DNA from: Macrostomum lignano
Lineage: Eukaryota
DNA length: 64,000 nt
Direction of reading: 5' to 3'
Assembly: GCA_002269645.1 (NCBI GenBank)
Contig: NIVC01001499.1
Span: 248,001 to 312,000 of the forward strand
In this document: positions 11,665-24,531 of the stretch, one piece after another
Layout: the number at the start of each line of letters is the position of its first letter
Position numbering within the stretch: the stretch's first letter is position 1
The notes under the pieces: model-generated
Seen by the model: the letters and a program-made list of their open reading frames with translations, nothing else
The model's database searches: none
What the model was told of the DNA's origin: nothing
Program-made: the position numbers and the translations under genes

Positions 11665-14600
11665 ATGTGCTATTTGACGCATTTAAAGAACAATTATTTC
11701 CGGTCGGGTAAAGTTGGCCGATATCCTGGACTAATTCGAATCCGATTGGAACGCCTATTTGACAGCGTGTCGCCTTCGGAATGGCGCAACAACGTTTTCT
11801 TGGGTTTCTTGGCCGATGGCCAACTGCTGTGCTCGTATCGATTTCTTGCCTGCGATTACGGCGATGCAGCTAGTCAAGATGGAGACGATTCCCGCGGCGG
11901 TGGAGACGTTTTTGTCAACAGCTATCAACTGCTGCTGTGGCACGTTGATGTGCGAGCCTCGCAGCCTAGGTAGTTGATTCTAGTTGTCATTAGGACTGCC
12001 CCTGTGTGTTGAAGTCTAGGGAATTCCGCCTTTGGAATCAGGCTAGTATATATTGAAGTTTCGGGAATTCCCTTTTTGGAGATCAGGCTAGTCTATATTG
12101 AAGTTTTGGGAATTCCCTTTTAGAAATCAGGCTAGTATGTATTGAAGTTTTGGGAATTCCTTTTTAGAAATCAGGCTAGTATATATTGAAGTTTTGGGAA
12201 TTCCCTTTTTGGAGATCAGGCTAGTATATATTGAAGTTTTGGGAATTCCCTTTTAGAAATCAGGCTAGTATTATATTGAAGTTTCGGGAATTCCCCTTTT
12301 GGAGATCAGGCTAGTATATATTGAAGTTTCGGGAATTCCCCTTTTGGAGATCAGGCTAGTATATATTGAAGTTTCGGGAATTCCCCTTTTGGAGATCAGG
12401 CTAGTATATATTGAAGTTTTGGGAATCCCCCTTTTGGAGATCAGGCTAGTCTATATTGAAGTTTTGGGAATTCCCCTTTTAGAAATCAGGCTAACTCTAT
12501 ATTGAAGTCGGGAATTCCCCTTTCCGAATTCAGGCTACCCTGTATTGAAGTTTGGGAATTCCCCTTAGTGGATCAGGCTACTCGATGCGGAGTTAAGGGA
12601 ATTCCACTTAGTAGATCTGGCTACTCAATTGGAGTTGAGGGAATTCCCCTTAGTGGATCTGGCTACTCAATTTGGAGTTGAGGGAATTCCCCTTTGTAGA
12701 CCAGACAACTTTTTTGTTTGTGTTGATCATTGAATTTGTATATAATAAAACATGATTAAGTGGTCTAATATCGTAAATAATTAAACTTATTCAGGGCAAC
12801 ATTAGCCGTTGCTTACGACATCTCGTGGCTTGCTAGATTTGAGCATCAGCCCATCTGTGTGACAGAATGCCGCGGCGTTGCTTGCGTTTCGACTCCGCAA
12901 TTGCCGCATCGTCGATTGTTGATTGGGCTGCCAAGTTTGACTAGTGGCTGTGCGAACTGTTCAGTTGATTTGGCAGCTGGGAGCACCGTGTCTTGTAGTC
13001 GGCACGTTTGGAGATGCCAACTAGAGGAGCCCGCTTCTACCGGTTGTGTGAGTTTATCTGCTGGGTTTCGGTAATTATAATAGATACTTTATGTAGAGCT
13101 AAATTGGCTCTAAGTGGAGTGCGCGTTTGAGGAAAGAAGCGCGGCGAGACTGAAGAGCCAATCAGAAGGCAGAGGGAGAGATAGTAAAAGAATGAGTGGA
13201 GTGCGCGACTGAGGGAAAAGGCGAGACTGAAGAGCCAATCAGAAGGCGGAGAGGGAGAGAGATAGTAAAAGGAGGGGTGCAGTGCACGACTGAGAAAGGA
13301 GACGAGATTGAAGAGCCAATTAGAAGGCAGAGAGGGAAAGAGATAATAAAAGGAGAGTTGGAGTGCGCGACTGAGAAAAGAGGCGGCGAGATTGAAGAGC
13401 CAATTAAGAGCCAGCGGGGGAGAGAGATAAGAATAAAAAGGCATTTATAAACATCTATAAATCGATAATCACATATAATGTATATATACTGCTCTATATA
13501 CAGACTAATCCAATCACTTCTACTCTCTTCCCCAGGACTCCGAGCTGCATCAGCGCTTCTCTCCGTCAACGATCTCTTCTGACCCTATTATTGACTCAGA
13601 TCTGAGCAACAAGAACAGCTCCAGAAAGTGTTTGAATCCTCCAACTGCCTCAATAGGCGCTCTTGGCCCCTCTAGGGTGCTATTTAAAGACGATAGTCAA
13701 TTATTAGTATTTTGCGACTCGTTAAAATCCAACTCAGGAGGTTCCATTCGTCTAGTTCGAGTTGGACCAATTTTTGCGAATAATTTTCGCAGAAAATTCC
13801 CAGGCGATCGGTTGTGCAAGTTGCGTCTGTGTCCGTGCGGCCTGGCTTATAACTTTTTGCCAGAAAGTACTTTAGCCTTTTACGAGTGTTTCGCTGATGT
13901 ACAGGAAAGCGAAGATGCTGACGACAGCTCTATTGATTCCTCGGCTTCTGTTGATGAAGCTGATGACGGGGATGTAGACGAAGAAGCTGAAGAGACCGAA
14001 AAGGAACGAGAATTGAAGTATCGTTTGTCATTGTCGGCAGGGTAAGCAACATTTTTATTGTCTGCTTTTAGTGTTGTCTGGCATTCTAGCAGCTTCAAAT
14101 TTGTCACTCTCTCAGCTATAGAATCTGTCACTCCCAGCTATAGAATCTGTCACTCTCCCAGCTATAGAATCCGTCACTCCCAGCTATCGAATCTGTCACT
14201 CTCCCAGCTATAGAATCCGTCACTTCCAGCTATCGAATCTGTCACTCTCCCAGCTATAGAATCCGTCACTCCCAGCTATCGAATCTGTCACTCTCCCAGC
14301 TATAGAATCCGTCACTCCCAGCTATCGAATCTGTCACTCTCCCAGCTATAGAATCCGTCACTTCCAGCTATCGAATCTGTCACTCTCCCAGCTATAGAAT
14401 CCGTCACTCCCAGCTATCGAATCTGTCACTCTCCCAGCTATAGAATCCGTCACTCCCAGCTATCGAATCCGTCACTCCCAGCTATCGAATCCGTCACTCC
14501 CAGCTATAGAATCTGTCACTCCCAGCTATAGAATCCGTCACTTTCCCAGCTATAGAATCCGTCACTCCCAGCTATCGAATCCGTCACTCCCAGCTATCGA

Positions 14601-17600
14601 ATCCGTCACTCCCAGCTATAGAATCTGTCACTCCCAGCTATAGAATCCGTCACTTTCCCAGCTATAGAATCTGTCACTCCCAGCTATAGAATCCGTCACT
14701 TTCCCAGCTATAGAATCCGTCACTTTCCCAGCTATAGAATCTGTCACTCCCAGTTATAGAATCTGTCACTCTCCCAGCTATAGAATCTGTCACTCTCCCA
14801 GCTATAGAATCGGTCACTCTCCCAGCTATAGAATCTGTCACTCTCACAGCTATAGAATCGGTCACTCTCCCAGCTATAGAATCTGTCACTCTCCCAGCTA
14901 TCGAATCTGTCACTCTCACAACTATAGAACATGTCACTCTCACAGCTATAGACTCTGTCACTCTCCCAGCTATAGAATCTGTCACTCTCACAGCTAGAGA
15001 CTCTGTCACTCTCCCAGCTATAGAATCTGTCACTCTCACAGCTAGAGACTCTGTCACTCTCCCAGCTATATATAGAATCTGTCGCTCTCACAGCTATAGA
15101 ATCGGTCACTCTCACAGCTATAGAATCTGTCACTCTCACAGCTATAGAATCCGTCACTCTTCCAGCTATAGAATCTGTCACTCTCACAGCTATAGACTCT
15201 GTCACTCTCCCAGCTATAGAATCTGTCTCTCTCCCAGCTACTCATTGGGATCTGCATGTACAGTCAATCTGTACTCATTGGGATCTGCATGTACAGTCAA
15301 TCTGTACTCATTGGGATCTGCATGTTCAGTCAATCTGTACTCATTGAGATCTGCATGTACAGTCAATCTGTACTCATTGAGATCTGCATGTTCAGTCAAT
15401 CTGTACTCATTGAGATCTACATGTAAATTCAATCTGTACTCACTGAGAGCTTCACTGTACTTTATACTTTCTCAGGTACATGTACTTTCTGAACCCATTA
15501 AATACATGAAAATTCGGTCTGCGTGTACTTTTCAAATCGCAGTCAACTTTTATCTCAATATCCAACCGATTAATTTCTTTTCACAGGCGTTTAGCCCGTC
15601 CGACACCGAGTGCGCCTTGCGATCTATGTCTTTTCTTAAAGTACACCCAGTACTATCCAACCTCGTCAGTGCTTAATTTCAACCAATTCTCGCCAATACG
15701 ACTCTATCAAGCTCAACGGCTGAGCTTAAACAGGCGCGGGATTCATTCTCACTCGCTAGAATCGGAGCCCTATCCCAGCCCCTGCTGCTGCGATCTGATT
15801 GGCTGCCGTCAGGGACCAATAGCAGTCGAGGAAGCTCTCGGATTGAAAAGCAGCGCCAGCTGTATTAGTAATGATAATAATAATAGACATCGCGATCTCT
15901 TATCGCAACAGTCCGAATTGTCAGTGTGCAGTCCGTGCAATTATCTCTATACAGATAATCGATATCTGAGCTACACTTATCGATTGTTCTCGGCGCATTC
16001 TGGCGAACCCGACGAATTGCCGGTCTATGACTATTCAGATTTGACTGGATCAGCGCACTGTTCGGCTTTGTTATATTGTATGCGAGGTGAGTAAGGGCTG
16101 TATTGGGCTGCTGCTTTGTCAGTTCTTTAGCATTAGTTTTATACTAATTGTGCTAATTCTCTTCTTAACCTTTCTGTTTTATCTACTTATCCACGATTTA
16201 ACAATCTCTGCAACTAATACTTTTTCTACAACTGCCTTTCTGCCTACTCTCGCTCTCCCCCACTCTCCCTCTCCTTCCCACTCTCCCTATCTTTCCCATT
16301 CTCCCTCTCCCCACTCTCCCTCTCCTTCCCACTCTCTCTATCTTTCCCATTCTCCCTCTCCCCCACTCTCCCTCTCCTTCCCACTCTCCCTATCTTTCCC
16401 ATTCTCCCTCTCCCCACTCTCCCTCTCCTTCCCACTCTCCCTCTCTTTCCCATTCTCCCTCTCCCCACTCTCCCTCTCCTTCCCACTCTCCCTCTCTTTC
16501 CCATTCTCCCTCTCCCCCACTCTCCCTCTCCTTCCCACTCTCCCTATCTTTCCCATTCTGCCTCTCCCCACTCTCCCTCTCCTTCCCACTCTCCCTCTCT
16601 TTCCCATTCTCCCTCTCCCCCACTCTCCCTCTCCTTCCCACTCTCCCTATCTTTCCCATTCTCCCTCTCCCCACTCTCCCTCTCCTTCCCACTCTCCCTA
16701 TCTTTCCCAATTCCCATTCTCCCTCTCCCCCACTCTCCCTCTCCTTCCCACTCTCCCTATCTTTCCCATTCTCCCTCTCCCCACTCTCCCTCTCCTTCCC
16801 ACTCTCCCTATCTTTCCCAATTCCCATTCTCCCTCTCCCCCACTCTCCCTCTCCTTCCCACTCTCCCTATCTTTCCCATTCTCCCTCTCCCCCACTCTCC
16901 CTCTCCTTCCCACTCTCCCTATCTTTCCCATTCTCCCTCTCCCCACTCTCCCTCTCCTTCCCACTCTCCCTATCTTTCCCAATTCCCATTCTCCCTCTCC
17001 CCACTCTCCCTCTCCTTCCCACTCTCCCTATCTTTCCCATTCTCCCTCTCCCCCACTCTCCCTCTCCTTCCCACTCTCCCTATCTTTCCCATTCTCCCTC
17101 TCCCCACTCTCCCTCTCCTTCCCACTCTCCCTATCTTTCCCAATTCCCATTCTCCCTCTCCCCACTCTCCCTCTCCTTCCCACTCTCCCTATCTTTCCCA
17201 TTCTCCCTCTCCCCACTCTCCCTCTCCTTCCCACTCTCCCTATCTTTCCCAATTCCCATTCTCCCTCTCCCCACTCTCCCTCTCCTTCCCACTCTCCCTA
17301 TCTTTCCCATTCTCCCTCTCCCCCACTCTCCCTCTCCTTCCCACTCTCCCTATCTTTCCCATTCTCCCTCTCCCCACTCTCCCTCTCCTTCCCACTCTCC
17401 CTATCTTTCCCAATTCCCATTCTCCCTCTCCCCACTCTCCCTCTCCTTCCCACTCTCCCTATCTTTCCCATTCTCCCTCTCCCCCACTCTCCCTCTCCTT
17501 CCCACTCTCCCTATCTTTCCCAATTCCCATTCTCCCTCTCCCCACTCTCCCTCTCCTTCCCACTCTCCCTATCTTTCCCATTCTCCCTCTCCCCCACTCT

Positions 17601-20600
17601 CCCTCTCCTTCCCACTCTCCCTATCTTTCCCATTCTCCCTCTCCCCACTCTCCCTCTCCTTCCCACTCTCCCTATCTTTCCCAATTCCCATTCTCCCTCT
17701 CCCCACTCTCCCTCTCCTTCCCACTCTCCCTATCTTTCCCATTCTCCCTCTCCCCCACTCTCCCTCTCCTTCCCACTCTCCCTATCTTTCCCAATTCCCA
17801 TTCTCCCTCTCCCCACTCTCCCTCTCCTTCCCACTCTCCCTATCTTTCCCATTCTCCCTCTCCCCACTCTCCCTCTCCTTCCCACTCTCCCTATCTTTCC
17901 CATTCTCCCTCTCCCCACTCTCCCTCTCCTTCCCACTCTCCCTATCTTTCCCAATTCCCATTCTCCCTCTCCCCACTCTCCCTCTCCTTCCCACTCTCCC
18001 TATCTTTCCCATTCTCCCTCTCCCCACTCTCCCTCTCCTTCCCACTCTCCCTATCTTTCCCAATTCCCATTCTCCCTCTCCCCACTCTCCCTCTCCTTCC
18101 CACTCTCCCTATCTTTCCCATTCTCCCTCTCCCCCACTCTCCCTCTCCTTCCCACTCTCCCTATCTTTCCCATTCTCCCTCTCCCCACTCTCCCTCTCCT
18201 TCCCACTCTCCCTATCTTTCCCAATTCCCATTCTCCCTCTCCCCACTCTCCCTCTCCTTCCCACTCTCCCTATCTTTCCCATTCTCCCTCTCCCCCACTC
18301 TCCCTCTCCTTCCCACTCTCCCTATCTTTCCCAATTCCCATTCTCCCTCTCCCCACTCTCCCTCTCCTTCCCACTCTCCCTATCTTTCCCATTCTCCCTC
18401 TCCCCCACTCTCCCTCTCCTTCCCACTCTCCCTATCTTTCCCATTCTCCCTCTCCCCACTCTCCCTCTCCTTCCCACTCTCCCTATCTTTCCCAATTCCC
18501 ATTCTCCCTCTCCCCACTCTCCCTCTCCTTCCCACTCTCCCTATCTTTCCCATTCTCCCTCTCCCCACTCTCCCTCTCCTTCCCACTCTCCCTATCTTTC
18601 CCAATTCCCATTCTCCCTCTCCCCACTCTCCCTCTCCTTCCCACTCTCCCTATCTTTCTTATTCTCCCTCTCCCCCACTCTCCCTCTCCTTCCCACTCTC
18701 CCTCTCTTTCCCATTCTCCCTCTCCCCACTCTCCCTCTCCTTCCCACTCTCCCTATCTTTCCCAATTCCCATTCTCCCTCTCCCCACTCTCCCTCTCCTT
18801 CCCACTCTCCCTATCTTTCCCATTCTCCCTCTCCCCACTCTCCCTCTCCTTCCCACTCTCCCTATCTTTCCCAATTCCCATTCTCCCTCTCCCCACTCTC
18901 CCTCTCCTTCCCACTCTCCCTATCTTTCCCATTCTCCCTCTCCCCCACTCTCCCTCTCCTTCCCACTCTCCCTATCTTTCCCAATTCGTATTCTCCCTCT
19001 CCCCACTCTCCCTCTCCTTCCCACTCTCCCTATCTTTCCCATTCTCCCTCTCCCCCACTCTCCCTCTCCTTCCCACTCTCCCTATCTTTCCCATTCTCCC
19101 TCTCCCCCACTCTCCCTCTCCTTCCCACTCTCCCTATCTTTCCCATTCTGCCTCTCCCCACTCTCCCTCTCCTTCCCACTCTCCCTCTCTTTCCCATTCT
19201 CCCTCTCCCCCACTCTCCCTCTCCTTCCCACTCTCCCTATCTTTCCCATTCTCCCTCTCCCCACTCTCCCTCTCCTTCCCACTCTCCCTATCTTTCCCAA
19301 TTCCCATTCTCCCTCTCCCCACTCTCCCTCTCCTTCCCACTCTCCCTATCTTTCCCATTCTCCCTCTCCCCCACTCTCCCTCTCCTTCCCACTCTCCCTA
19401 TCTTTCCCATTCTCCCTCTCCCCACTCTCCCTCTCCTTCCCACTCTCCCTATCTTTCCCAATTCCCATTCTCCCTCTCCCCACTCTCCCTCTCCTTCCCA
19501 CTCTCCCTATCTTTCCCATTCTCCCTCTCCCCCACTCTCCCTCTCCTTCCCACTCTCCCTATCTTTCCCAATTCCCATTCTCCCTCTCCCCACTCTCCCT
19601 CTCCTTCCCACTCTCCCTATCTTTCCCATTCTCCCTCTCCCCCACTCTCCCTCTCCTTCCCACTCTCCCTATCTTTCCCATTCTCCCTCTCCCCACTCTC
19701 CCTCTCCTTCCCACTCTCCCTATCTTTCCCAATTCCCATTCTCCCTCTCCCCACTCTCCCTCTCCTTCCCACTCTCCCTATCTTTCCCATTCTCCCTCTC
19801 CCCCACTCTCCCTCTCCTTCCCACTCTCCCTATCTTTCCCAATTCCCATTCTCCCTCTCCCCACTCTCCCTCTCCTTCCCACTCTCCCTATCTTTCCCAT
19901 TCTCCCTCTCCCCCACTCTCCCTCTCCTTCCCACTCTCCCTATCTTTCCCATTCTCCCTCTCCCCACTCTCCCTCTCCTTCCCACTCTCCCTATCTTTCC
20001 CAATTCCCATTCTCCCTCTCCCCACTCTCCCTCTCCTTCCCACTCTCCCTATCTTTCCCATTCTCCCTCTCCCCCACTCTCCCTCTCCTTCCCACTCTCC
20101 CTATCTTTCCCAATTCCCATTCTCCCTCTCCCCACTCTCCCTCTCCTTCCCACTCTCCCTATCTTTCCCATTCTCCCTCTCCCCCACTCTCCCTCTCCTT
20201 CCCACTCTCCCTATCTTTCCCATTCTCCCTCTCCCCACTCTCCCTCTCCTTCCCACTCTCCCTATCTTTCCCAATTCCCATTCTCCCTCTCCCCACTCTC
20301 CCTCTCCTTCCCACTCTCCCTATCTTTCCCATTCTCCCTCTCCCCCACTCTCCCTCTCCTTCCCACTCTCCCTATCTTTCCCAATTCCCATTCTCCCTCT
20401 CCCCACTCTCCCTCTCCTTCCCACTCTCCCTATCTTTCCCATTCTCCCTCTCCCCCACTCTCCCTCTCCTTCCCACTCTCCCTATCTTTCCCATTCTCCC
20501 TCTCCCCACTCTCCCTCTCCTTCCCACTCTCCCTATCTTTCCCAATTCCCATTCTCCTCTCCCCACTCTCCCTCTCCTTCCCACTCTCCCTATCTTTCCC

Positions 20601-22838
20601 ATTCTCCCTCTCCCCACTCTCCCTCTCCTTCCCACTCTCCCTATCTTTCCCAATTCCCATTCTCCCTCTCCCCACTCTCCCTCTCCTTCCCACTCTCCCT
20701 ATCTTTCCCATTCTCCCTCTCCCCCACTCTCCCTCTCCTTCCCACTCTCCCTATCTTTCCCATTCTCCCTCTCCCCACTCTCCCTCTCCTTCCCACTCTC
20801 CCTATCTTTCCAATTCCCATTCTCCCTCTCCCCACTCTCCCTCTCCTTCCCACTCTCCCTATCTTTCCCATTCTCCCTCTCCCCCACTCTCCCTCTCCTT
20901 CCCACTCTCCCTATCTTTCCCAATTCCCATTCTCCCTCTCCCCACTCTCCCTCTCCTTCCCACTCTCCCTATCTTTCCCATTCTCCCTCTCCCCCACTCT
21001 CCCTCTCCTTCCCACTCTCCCTATCTTTCCCATTCTATTCTCCCTCTCCCCACTCTCCCTCTCCTTCCCACTCTCCCTATCTTTCCCATTCTCCCTCTCC
21101 CCCACTCTCCCTCTCCTTCCCACTCTCCCTATCTTTCCCATTCTCCCTCTCCCCACTCTCCCTCTCCTTCCCACTCTTCCTCTCTTTCCCATTCTCCCTC
21201 TCCCCACTCTCCCTCTCCTTCCCACTCTCCCTATCTTTCCCATTCTCCCTCTCCCCCACTCTCCCTCTCCTTCCCACTCTCCCTATCTTTCCCATTCTCC
21301 CTCTCCCCACTCTCCCTCTCCTTCCCACTCTCCCTCTCTTTCCCATTCTCCCTCTCCCCCACTCTCCCTCTCCTTCCCACTCTCCCTATCTTTCCCATTC
21401 TCCCTCTCCCCACTCTCCCTCTCCTTCCCACTCTCCCTATCTTTCCCAATTCCCATTCTCCCTCTCCCACTCTCCTCTCCTTCCCACTCTCCCTATCTTT
21501 CCCATTCTCCCTCTCCCCCACTCTCCCTCTCCTTCCCACTCTCCCTCTCCCCCCACTCTCCCTCTCCTTCCCACTCTCGCTCTCCTTCCCACTCTCGCTC
21601 TCCTTCCCACTCTCCTTCTCCTTCCCACTCTCCCTCTCCTTCCCACTCTCCCTCTCCCCCACTCTCCCTCTCCCCCACTCTCCTCTCCTTCCCACTCTCC
21701 CTCTCCTTCCCACTCTCGCTCTCCTTCCCACTCTCCCTCTCCCCCCACTCTCCCTCTCCTTCCCACTCTCGCTCTCCTTCCCACTCTCGCTCTCCTTCCC
21801 ACTCTCCCTCTCCCCCCACTCTCCCTCTCCTTCCCACTCTCCCTCTCCCCCACTCTCCCTCTCCTTCCCACTCTCCCTCTCCTTCCCACTCTCGCTCTCC
21901 TTCCCACTCTCCCTCTCCTTCCCACTCTCCCTCTCCCCCACTCTCCCTCTCCCCCACTCTACCTCTCCCCCCACTCTCCCTCTCCTTCCCACTCTCCCTC
22001 TCCCCCTACTCTCCCTCTCCCCCACTCTCCCTCTCCCCCACTCTCCCTCTCCCGTTATCCCTCTTCCCACTCTCTGACCTCTATCCTATTGCCATCGATA
22101 TCTTTACTTTTTATTCCCGTTGTCTTCCGCTGGCTCTTGTGTTTCATTAGTGCGCGCGCTTTGAAAGTGCATTGGCATCAACATACTGCCTCCATTTAGT
22201 GTGTGCTTTCTCCCTCATTTAATGTTTGTCCAGGCAATTCTTCAGCGCTAGAATACGCCGGTCCCCTTAATTGGACATTCGATACTCACCAGTCAACTGC
22301 CGATCAATCAGCCAGCCTTTGGCACTTTGAAGAGCTCTCCCTATCTGTGCCCGCGTTTCTCCGATCGCACAACAATCGCCTGTTGAATCGACAAAAATTT
22401 GTACGCTTCATTTTCATTGACGAGTGTCGCCTTGGAGACAATGATTTAATTATTGTTATTGAAACTTTGTCGTCGAATACTACTACAGCTGCTGCATATA
22501 CTACTAGTGCTAGCGATAGCGACAGTAGTACATCTAGCACTTGCTCGCCAACAGCGTCAAAGCGGCGTAAAGTTTTTCATTGTCGTCAAAATCAAACTAC
22601 TACTACTACTAAAAGTAGTAGACGTTGGTTAGAATTGTCGCTAAATCTAACCAACGGAATGCTGCGCTACAATCGTTGCATTACTAATCTTAATCAGGTG
22701 TTGCCAAGCTTAAATGCCGACAGTCTAATTGGTCTATTGATAATTTTGCTATGTCAACTCATGCCAGATCGGCTACGCGTTTGGTTAGCGAAGGCGGCGA
22801 GATTGTATTGGAGCTGTGACACAGTTCAGTGCTGGTAA
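11665..22838 (+). CDS. DCAF15: DDB1- and CUL4-associated factor 15-like; join(11665..11969,12795..13047,13536..14041,15587..16086,22234..22838), ~722 aa
   Basis: Phase-consistent introns (2,0,2,1). Motifs compared with human DCAF15 as recalled: NNVFLGFLADGQLLCSY (HIFLGFSKCGRYVLSY); SYQLLLWHVD (IYHLYWWEFN); Zn site CANC...CSRH (CAAC...CLRH); LFKDDSQLLV (QLKKDQVVLL); LSLNLTNG (VAWDLNTG). The start codon is uncertain. Confidence 0.8.
12005..12700. repeat. 45-bp minisatellite with a palindromic GGGAATTCCC core, DCAF15 intron 1
   Basis: 16 units; 12 exact GGGAATTCCC and 4 single-base variants. Confidence 0.95.
13100..13440. repeat. ~80-bp degenerate tandem repeat with AGCCAATCAG/AGCCAATTA, DCAF15 intron 2
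   Basis: 4 units, spacings 77/81/84. Confidence 0.8.
14100..15240. repeat. 22/24-bp minisatellite (CAGCTATAGAATCTGTCACTC[TC]C)n, DCAF15 intron 3
   Basis: About 48 units. Confidence 0.95.
15240..15445. repeat. 33-bp minisatellite (CTCATTGGGATCTGCATGTACAGTCAATCTGTA)n, DCAF15 intron 3
   Basis: About 6 units abutting the previous array. Confidence 0.9.
16250..22070. repeat. 5.8-kb polypyrimidine satellite (51/52/58-bp monomers), DCAF15 intron 4
   Basis: Monomer CCCCACTCTCCCTCTCCTTCCCACTCTCCCTATCTTTCCCATTCTCCCTCT; almost no G on the + strand. Confidence 0.97.
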
Positions 22839-23109
22839 TTTATTGACTAATTGTTATTTTTCTTAATGCTGCTAGTTATGCTAGTGTCTGTTGTTTTGCA
22901 ATGCACTGTAGGCTATGTGTGTACGCGATTGTTATTTGAACTTGCAGTCTGACTGTTCTACTGTATATTGTCCTTTGTTTCTTTAGAGTTTCTCTGATTT
23001 CTCTCATCTCCTGTCTCCCCCTCTCCCATCTCATATCTTGTCTCATATCTTCGCCTCATCTCGTATCTCAATCTCTCCTTTCAAGTCATCTCATCTCCTC
23101 TCCTATCCT

Positions 23110-23352
23110 AAGGGGTTGTGGTTCGATTCCCGATCCCACTCGGAACAATTTGTGTCCTTGAGCAAGACACTTTGACTATGCATTGCTTCAGTTCACCCAG
23201 CTGTAAAATGGGTGCCAGCATTAGCTGGGATTATTGAGGATCTGTAGCGACCCCCATTCCTTGGACTGAACAGCCGTACGCAGCCATAGCTGCGGCTGAG
23301 CTGTCGGTTGCACATCTGGCCATTATGGCAGCTGTAATCAATTATTATTATT
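23110..23352 (+). mobile_element. tRNA-derived SINE, family A, 5'-truncated copy with short (ATT)n tail
   Basis: B-box GGTTCGATTCC at 23120; body nearly identical to 4890-5097 apart from a ~17-nt deletion; ends ATTATTATTATT. Confidence 0.85.
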
Positions 23353-24089
23353 CTCCCCTCCTCTCTCATCTTATCTCCTATCTCCCCCAGTTCCATGTCT
23401 CATCTCTTTCTTTATTACCTTTCCCAATTCTTTATTTAACATTCAGTCAAATTTAAGCGAGCATTTATTATAACTTAATTCCTCTACCTGTGTACATGAG
23501 TTGTCATTTTTCATGCTGTTTGTTTAGTGCTTTCTATGATTTTTGCTTTTATTTTCTATGCACTTATTGCAGCTAAACTTCTATTACTCAAAATCTATTT
23601 GCATGATTATTATATAACTATTTTTGTTATGTTATAATCTGGGGTCATTGTTCTTAAGAGTATTAAATATTGGTTAAATTCAACTGCCCATTAATAATAA
23701 TAAGCCAATACTAATAAGTCCGCTCAGGTGAAGTATCGCCCCAATTATCTATCGCAAAAGAATATGTCGATTTGTACTTTTCTATTTTTCTTTACGTAGC
23801 TGGTTTAACAATTTTTTCATGTTTTTTTTTCTCTTACTCTTTCTTAGCTGGCTTCCAGCGTTCTAGAAAGATTATATAATGAACTGATTTATTCTCTTGC
23901 AGTTTTCCTGTCAATAACTTCTCGTATCTGCGTCTTGCGCGTGCCGGCTATGTGCTGTCTTTTAAAGGCCACACTACATGTGTGTAGTGTGAACTTGCTT
24001 TTAAACCGTGCTTCTACACCTTTTCGGCAGTTCCAGTTTCTGGTCTTTGATCTTGTATCCATTTTAAGGAGAATCGATCTCCAACTAAT

Positions 24090-24350
24090 TTTGAAAACCG
24101 CTCTCCAACTCGTAATTAGAATAATCGCCCTCTAACTAATTAAAATAATCGTCTTAACTGATTAGAAGAATCGCCCTCCAACTAATTAGAAAAATTGCCC
24201 TCCAACTCATTAGGAGAATCCCTTTTTAACTATTTTTGAAGAATCGCCCTTTAACTATTAGATTAATCGCCCTCCAACTAAATAAAAAAATCGCCCTCAA
24301 ACTAATTAGAAAAATCGCCCTCAAACTCACTAGAAGAATCTCCTTTTGAA
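24090..24350. repeat. Degenerate 23-24 bp repeat (AATCGCCCTCCAACTAATTAGAA)n upstream of the syntrophin ATG
   Basis: About 10 units. Confidence 0.8.
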
Positions 24351-24531
24351 AATAATCACCCGAGCCACATTTTTAACAGTAAAAGTAAAATTATGTAACA
24401 GAGTTAACACATAAAATTGCATCCGTTTCAGCATCCGATTGCCTCATCAAAAAGCCAAACCAATAATGGCATTAATTTAAAGAAATTCCAAATCACCAAA
24501 TGAGCCATCATCCGTTTGAGTCTGTCGCAAA

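Noticed and set aside
16087-22077. 1996-aa ORF and many overlapping minus-strand ORFs
   Set aside because: Stop-free translation of a G-less satellite lying between a GTGAGT donor and an acceptor of DCAF15; it begins at the donor GT.
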